Shown here piece by piece: positions 58,490 to 64,000 of a DNA stretch of 64,000 nt (positions are counted from its first letter, which is position 1; each line of letters starts with the position of its first letter). This stretch comes from Candidatus Latescibacterota bacterium (lineage in GTDB: Bacteria; Latescibacterota; UBA2968; UBA8231): assembly GCA_965215195.1 (NCBI GenBank), contig CBDCDC010000002.1:4448001-4512000 (forward strand). The letters are read 5' to 3'. Made by a program: the position numbers and the translations under genes. The notes beneath the pieces are model-generated. The model worked only from the letters and a program-made list of their open reading frames with translations. It made no database searches and was not told where the DNA came from.

Positions 58490-59872
58490 TTAAGAATTGC
58501 CCCGAATTTGGTCGACGTCATCTTGATCGGGCATGAGCACAAACTCAGGGTACGCTTCAATGCCGAGCTCTGCGGTATCTTGGCCGAGCTCTTCAACGCT
58601 CTGCGACACCCGTACTCCCATTATCTTGCCCAGAACCAACCACGAGAGCCACGAAGCGGCAAACGCGAACGCGCCCACCGCCAACACCCCGATGAGCTGG
58701 ACCCTGAAGTTGCCCCCGGCTGCAATGCAGACCGCAAGGGTGCCCCAGATGCCGGCGAACAAGTGGACCGGAATCGCGCCGACTATGTCGTCTAGCTTGA
58801 CGATCTCCAAGAACCTCATCCCGCCGACGCACAACGCGCTTCCCACAGCACCAATTACGAGCGCCCAGTAGTGATCGACGATATCTGGCCCGGCCGTAAT
58901 GGAAACGAGTCCAGCGAGCGCACCGTTGAGGACCGCGAGCAGGTCAATACGTCCTAAGATGGGCCGCGACACGAAGAGCGCCGTTACGACGCCGGCCGCC
59001 GCCGCTAGGTTGGTATTCACGAGGACATGGCTCATGGCGACGGCATCGGCTGCGCTCGACAGCGCGAGCTGGGAGCCGCCGTTGAAGCCAAACCACCCAA
59101 GCCACAAAATGAAGACGCCCAAAGTAACGGCTGGGACGTTGGAAGGCGGCGTGGCCTTGACGCTGCCGTCGGAGCGAAATTTTCCGTACCGCGCCCCGAC
59201 GACGAGTGCCCCGGCCAGCGCGGCCCAACCTCCGGTCGAATGCACGATGGTAGAGCCAGCGAAATCCTTAAACCCCATTGCACTGAGCCAGCCGCCGCCC
59301 CAAGTCCAAGCTCCGACGACGGGATAGATGATCGTCGTCAACGCGACTGTAAAAGCAAAAAACGCCCATAGCTTCACCCGCTCGGCCAGCGTGCCCGATA
59401 CAATCGAAGCGGTCGTGGCCACAAAGACCATCTGAAAAAACCAGTCCGACATGGTGGCCTTGCCGGCCTTTGTCACGTCTGCCGCAGCCGCCTGACCAGA
59501 CAACAGCCCGAGTTCTTCGCCCGAAGGCCCGTACAAAAACTTGAGCGTACCAATCCAGCCTTCCTGCACATCGACGTACATGAGGTTGTAGCCGACCAAG
59601 TAGTACGTGATCCCGGCAATCGAATAAAGCCCGATGTTCTTGAGGCAGATCATGGAGGCGTTCTTGGTGCGCACGGACCCGGCTTCGAGCATGGTAAAGC
59701 CCGCGCACATCCACATTACGAGCGCGCCCCAGATGAGAAACGAGAAGGTGTTGAGAATGAATTGCAGCTCTTCGCCGCTCGCGGCATAGACCGCGGTCGC
59801 CCCCATTAGGAGGCCGCAGGCCGCGATAAATCCGCCCGCCCGCCATGCGTTGCCACTCGATTTTCCAATCAT
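58490..59872 (-). CDS. amtB: Ammonium transporter (Amt family)
   Basis: FFQMVF, IVSGTLAER, DFAGSTIVH, GWFGFNGGS and DDIVGAIPVH (twin His present). Confidence 0.96.
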   Translation of the reverse strand: MIGKSSGNAWRAGGFIAACGLLMGATAVYAASGEELQFILNTFSFLIWGALVMWMCAGFTMLEAGSVRTKNASMICLKNIGLYSIAGITYYLVGYNLMYVDVQEGWIGTLKFLYGPSGEELGLLSGQAAAADVTKAGKATMSDWFFQMVFVATTASIVSGTLAERVKLWAFFAFTVALTTIIYPVVGAWTWGGGWLSAMGFKDFAGSTIVHSTGGWAALAGALVVGARYGKFRSDGSVKATPPSNVPAVTLGVFILWLGWFGFNGGSQLALSSAADAVAMSHVLVNTNLAAAAGVVTALFVSRPILGRIDLLAVLNGALAGLVSITAGPDIVDHYWALVIGAVGSALCVGGMRFLEIVKLDDIVGAIPVHLFAGIWGTLAVCIAAGGNFRVQLIGVLAVGAFAFAASWLSWLVLGKIMGVRVSQSVEELGQDTAELGIEAYPEFVLMPDQDDVDQIRGNS

Positions 59873-60000
59873 GTCGATCTCGCTCCTTCGGCAGTTTTGT
59901 TTTATACGATAGCCAATGTCCAACCCTCTCGCAATCACCGCGCCGCTTTCCGAGCCACCAAACAACAGGGCTTGAATGTTGGTCGTTTAGCTGCGCCGGT

Positions 60001-63000
60001 TTATGGCCGCTGAAGTTGTTCCTCCGCCCGCTGCCGAAACGCACTCCGCTCGGCTGTCTTGAGCGTATTCCAGATCAGTAGCTCTTTGCGGATCGCCTGC
60101 AAAAAGCTGCGATTGGCCCGGCGCCACGAATCGTTGTCGCCGCTGAGGCAGCGCAGATAGAACACTAGGCCGTAAATATCGGCTTGGTCCTCGGGGCGGA
60201 TGCACAGGACGGCGTGCTGGCTCACGCCCAAATCGAGCGGTGCCAGCCACACCCGGGCTTCGAGGGCGTAGGCCGTGCCTTGGGGCGTGGCAAAGGACTG
60301 GAGCAGAGTGCCCTCGGTGTAAAACGAGCCAATCGAAGCCTCGCCGTACGAGCCTAGGTAATCCAACAAAAAGCCGCACAGGCCCTTGGCCTCGGCCGCC
60401 GACACCAAGAAGGGAAAGCGGAATTCCCACTCGGCACCCACCGGCGGCTCGGGCTGCCAACGCCGCGCCAGATCGGGAACGGCCGTGCGGGCGGCCACCC
60501 GGGCCGGGTACACCGTGGATAGCAAGACCACGCCCATGACGATGAGCGCCGAAAACACAGCGGCTAAGGACGAATAGTTCAAATTGAGTCCGCCCAGCAT
60601 GTCCAAGTGGTTCAACACCAAGCCCGTCCCCTGGCCCCCCAAGTACCCCAGCGTAATCCCCAAGACCGCATAAGCGCAGGCTTCGGCAATGAACAGCAGG
60701 GCGATGTGGGACGGCGCCAGCCCCACGGCCGCGTAGATGCCAATGTCCTTGAGGCGCTCGTACACCGTCCCCAGCATGGTATTGAGGACGATGAAGGCGG
60801 CGATGAGCATGGGAACGATCAGCACTCCTAGGCCCTGTATGGCCGTCGCCCCAATTGACGAGTAAGCCCACACGTCAATGGTCGCGGCCGCGTCTGGCCG
60901 CAAACCCACGAACAGGCTGGCGGCCACCCGCAGCAGAAAATCCTCCACCAACCCTTGAGCCGCCCCAGCGCCTAGGCGCTCCCGATCAAAGGCAACGGCC
61001 ACCGAGCGCAACCGCCCCCCCAGTTGGCGGACGATCTCATAGGGCGCAATGAGCACGTTGTCCGGCAGTATGTGGACGTAGGGGCGGTACTGGGAGGCGG
61101 TGGCGGCTGTGCTCTGGTTGAGCTGAAAGGTGCTGCCGGCACTCCTCGACAGCTCAAAGTCAACGGGCGTCAGCGGGCCGTCGTCTAGGTCGCGGATGCG
61201 GTTAAAGGCCGCTGGATCGAACAAGCCTACCAAGGTCAGTTCTTTGCCCATCACCTGCACTTGAGCGCGGCCCAAGTCGCGGGCATCCAAGCCCAAGGCT
61301 TGGGCCATCGGCAAGGGCAGCAGACAACTGGCCTCGGTCGCGGCCGTGAAAAAGCGGCCGGCCATCAGGGCTTGGTCAACGCCGGTGATGCTGGTTTCTT
61401 GGGGACTCAGGCCGAGCAAGCCATAGGTCCTTACCAACTGGTGCCCGGCCGCCGCTTCGAGGTAAGTCTTTTTGTCCTCTTGCAAAATGAACCAATTGCG
61501 CGGGCTGATCGGGCCGAGCGCGGAAAAGTGGGAACGGATGTAATCCAGCATGGGCTGGCCCAAGGGATTCCAAGCCCGGTTGCGGACCAAGACGCCCTCG
61601 TACCCGCCCTCGTGCTCAAGGGGGAGCGCGATAAAGCGCGCCCGGCTCTCGTACGAGGCAAAGGAAAGCACCGTAAACGTCAGCAGCACTAGAGTCGTCA
61701 AGGTCAGGCCGGTGCGCAGTTTGCGCCGCCGCATGTTGGATATGCCCAGCATGAACGCGGCATGGGCCACGCTGAAACGCCGCATCTCAATGTGGTGGAT
61801 CCGGTCGCCGCGCTCCTTCATAAAACTGTTGAAGCGGCTGCTGATGAGAACGAGGACAAAACCAGCCATCGCCATGATGGCAAAGGCCAGCAGGATGACC
61901 AGCGGATGGGCGATGGCAAAGGCCGGATGCACTTGAGAAACCGCGAGCCAGACCACGGCCAATAACGCGCCAAAACCAGCTAATTGCCGCGTGATCTGCG
62001 CGGCCCCCAACAGCAAGCGCTCGCCCAAAAAAGCCGCGGGAATCAGCAGGGCCAAAAAGAATACCATGCCCTTTATGACGTCGTTTAAGGTGGCCATAGC
62101 TTGGGGATAGACCTCGTTTTCCAGCCCTAGCCCCACCCGCAGATGAGCCACGTAGCGGCTCCATTCTTTTTGCCGGGCGGCCTCTTGGGCCGCTTCGAGG
62201 ACTTGGGCGGTGCGCTGGTGCAGGTGCTGCAAGTACTGGTTTTCAATGGCGTGGTCGCGCATGGTCTGCAGCCGATCCTCGTCGAGACGCCACATATCCC
62301 AAGCGGCCTGCAACAGCGTCGGCACCAGCCGCTCTTTGGCGAGGGAAAAACCCTCGCCGTTGGGGCGGCTGCCCGGGATGCCGTTGTTGAGCAGCAGCAG
62401 TTGTCGGCCCGCCAGTATTTTGATGCGGTTTTGCGGCTCGTCGTCCTGCGGCCCAAACACCACCCCAACCGCTTCGTCGAGCCCGCTGCCCAGCGCATAG
62501 CCGAATTGGCGCGGAGCGGTGTCGTAGCGATTGAGCACCGAGATGCCGCTCAAGAAATTGAGCGAGCGCGGATTAATTAGGCCGTAAAAAGGGCGGCTCA
62601 GGCAGGGAAAAACCACCACCGCTTGTTCGGTGCGTGCCCACTGGACGGTGCTTGGGATGGACCCGTCGAGCAGCGGTGCCCCGTGGAAGCCTTGCGCCCT
62701 TTTGCTTAGGTCGGCCGCGTAGGTAATGGCGCCGCTGTGCGGGTCCAAGACGTAAACGTTGGTGCGGTATTGGGCTTGTGGCAGCCCGGTTATGAGCAAC
62801 TCGCCCTCGGCGTCGCTCAGATGGACTTGGGCCGTGCGCACCCCTTTGACGGCTTTGCCAGCGGTCGCCCATTGCGGCCGCACCACGGCCACGGCGTTGG
62901 CCACCGGCCGGTCCGGCGTTTGCGAGCGGCGCGGAAAAGTCCGCACCTTGAGGCGCAAGTCGCGCAAGCGGTCCTGCAACACCGGCCCAAAAGCCGCTTT

Positions 63001-64000
63001 CTCCGCCAACAATTGCCGATCGTTTAGAGCCTGTTGCAGCACGCCGTTTAGCAAGGCGACTTGGCGCGCCAGATTGCCGTAGTTGACTGCGGCCGGTCGG
63101 TCCAGCGGCGAATCGATCTGCAGGCGGGCGTCGTTGACGGTGATCAAGCCCAAGGCAATCAAGCCGCTTTCGAGGGCGAGTTGGCTGTCGGCGACTAGGC
63201 CGCCGGGCATGTACGCGGACCATTCCATGCCCTTGATGGGGGTGATGCCGTTGACCAAGCTGCCGACTGCGGTCGAGTCTAGGGTGCTGGCGTAGCGGCT
63301 GAAGCGGCGACCGAATGGGGCGAAAAAGCGCCGCAACTCGGGCTTGGCGGTATTGTTCCAGATGCCGACTTGATCGGTGCGGCTCGACAGATCGAGGCCG
63401 ATGAACAGGTCTAGGCGGCCGGCGTGGCGCGCGAGAAAGGCGGCTATGCCTTGGCGGCCTTGGAAATGGGCCGAGGTTGCCACTAGCATGGTGGTACGCG
63501 CGGGTGGATGGACCGCGAGGTGGCGGGCCAATTCCAATAAGGCGGCCATGCCGCAGGCCGTCTCAGCACTGGGTGCCCGGCCCGGCACCACGGAAATGCC
63601 GTCGTAGTACGCTTGGATGGCGACGCGCTCGGCCGCCAGCTCGGGATCGGCGCCCGGGATCACGCCCCAGATATTCCACGCCGTCCGCCGTTGCCAGTCC
63701 ATGCGGCCCTGCAAGTGTACCCATAGCTCGCCGGCCCGCAGGTGCTGGCGCAGCATGAGGCCGGCTTCGCGCTCAATCCAGAAGCGGGGAATAGCGAGCG
63801 GCACGTGGGCGTATTTGGCCGCGGCTTGGTGGCGATTGGCCTGCTCGGGCGCGATAAATACCACGGCCCGGGCCCCCAGCGACGCGGCGCGCAGCCAGTG
63901 GTTCCAGCTATCAAATTCCAGCAGCACAATGCGCCCGTCCATGGCGTGGCCATCGAAATCGCGCCACTCGCCCCGACCGCCGTAGATCATCGGCGTGCGC
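60001..64000 (-). CDS. Large membrane protein: PA/M28-peptidase-like N-terminus fused to a MacB/FtsX-like permease; partial at window edge
   Basis: DGRIVLLEF (PA-like), NIWGVIPG..AYYD..AALLELAR (M28-like), SNMRRRKLRTGLT and VYERLKDIGIYAAVGL (FtsX). Confidence 0.85.
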   Translation of the reverse strand, partial: RTPMIYGGRGEWRDFDGHAMDGRIVLLEFDSWNHWLRAASLGARAVVFIAPEQANRHQAAAKYAHVPLAIPRFWIEREAGLMLRQHLRAGELWVHLQGRMDWQRRTAWNIWGVIPGADPELAAERVAIQAYYDGISVVPGRAPSAETACGMAALLELARHLAVHPPARTTMLVATSAHFQGRQGIAAFLARHAGRLDLFIGLDLSSRTDQVGIWNNTAKPELRRFFAPFGRRFSRYASTLDSTAVGSLVNGITPIKGMEWSAYMPGGLVADSQLALESGLIALGLITVNDARLQIDSPLDRPAAVNYGNLARQVALLNGVLQQALNDRQLLAEKAAFGPVLQDRLRDLRLKVRTFPRRSQTPDRPVANAVAVVRPQWATAGKAVKGVRTAQVHLSDAEGELLITGLPQAQYRTNVYVLDPHSGAITYAADLSKRAQGFHGAPLLDGSIPSTVQWARTEQAVVVFPCLSRPFYGLINPRSLNFLSGISVLNRYDTAPRQFGYALGSGLDEAVGVVFGPQDDEPQNRIKILAGRQLLLLNNGIPGSRPNGEGFSLAKERLVPTLLQAAWDMWRLDEDRLQTMRDHAIENQYLQHLHQRTAQVLEAAQEAARQKEWSRYVAHLRVGLGLENEVYPQAMATLNDVIKGMVFFLALLIPAAFLGERLLLGAAQITRQLAGFGALLAVVWLAVSQVHPAFAIAHPLVILLAFAIMAMAGFVLVLISSRFNSFMKERGDRIHHIEMRRFSVAHAAFMLGISNMRRRKLRTGLTLTTLVLLTFTVLSFASYESRARFIALPLEHEGGYEGVLVRNRAWNPLGQPMLDYIRSHFSALGPISPRNWFILQEDKKTYLEAAAGHQLVRTYGLLGLSPQETSITGVDQALMAGRFFTAATEASCLLPLPMAQALGLDARDLGRAQVQVMGKELTLVGLFDPAAFNRIRDLDDGPLTPVDFELSRSAGSTFQLNQSTAATASQYRPYVHILPDNVLIAPYEIVRQLGGRLRSVAVAFDRERLGAGAAQGLVEDFLLRVAASLFVGLRPDAAATIDVWAYSSIGATAIQGLGVLIVPMLIAAFIVLNTMLGTVYERLKDIGIYAAVGLAPSHIALLFIAEACAYAVLGITLGYLGGQGTGLVLNHLDMLGGLNLNYSSLAAVFSALIVMGVVLLSTVYPARVAARTAVPDLARRWQPEPPVGAEWEFRFPFLVSAAEAKGLCGFLLDYLGSYGEASIGSFYTEGTLLQSFATPQGTAYALEARVWLAPLDLGVSQHAVLCIRPEDQADIYGLVFYLRCLSGDNDSWRRANRSFLQAIRKELLIWNTLKTAERSAFRQRAEEQLQRP

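Noticed and set aside
2387-63985. Numerous long Arg/Pro/Ala-rich antisense or alternate-frame ORFs
   Set aside because: These are the expected artefacts of high-GC codon usage overlapping well-supported genes.

Overview
This is a GC-rich bacterial chromosomal window. Two PhyH dioxygenases, FG-GAP remnants and a C-terminal 'TAV..SWGQLK' motif suggest an FCB-group lineage such as Ca. Latescibacterota, possibly host-associated (inference only). In order, the window holds: a type II restriction-modification pair (the N4-cytosine-type MTase runs off the left edge and is missing from the ORF track) appended to msrB; catabolic enzymes, including a DegT aminotransferase, a cysteine hydrolase and twin deacetylases; an AbiEii-type TA pair; a form II CoxL-like molybdenum hydroxylase operon with mocA; a beta-propeller/RND efflux operon with one broken permease; a PcfJ-domain gene; a TA/defence remnant patch at the 3' end of glnD; a ~12 kb iron/haem uptake locus (porin, imelysin, di-haem protein, TonB receptor, HmuY, hmuSTUV); an SBP/histidine kinase/PP2C/anti-sigma partner-switching module facing an amt-STAS pair; and a large M28-like/FtsX fusion running off the right edge. 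Signals not shown by the ORF track: a 149-bp MITE with TIRs and a 9-bp TSD, nested small repeat families, an 18-bp duplication of glnD 3' sequence bounding an MNT-HEPN-hsdS' unit, and many internally deleted TA and gene remnants. No rRNA, tRNA or CRISPR array was seen. All calls come from reading motifs by eye; no database search was run.
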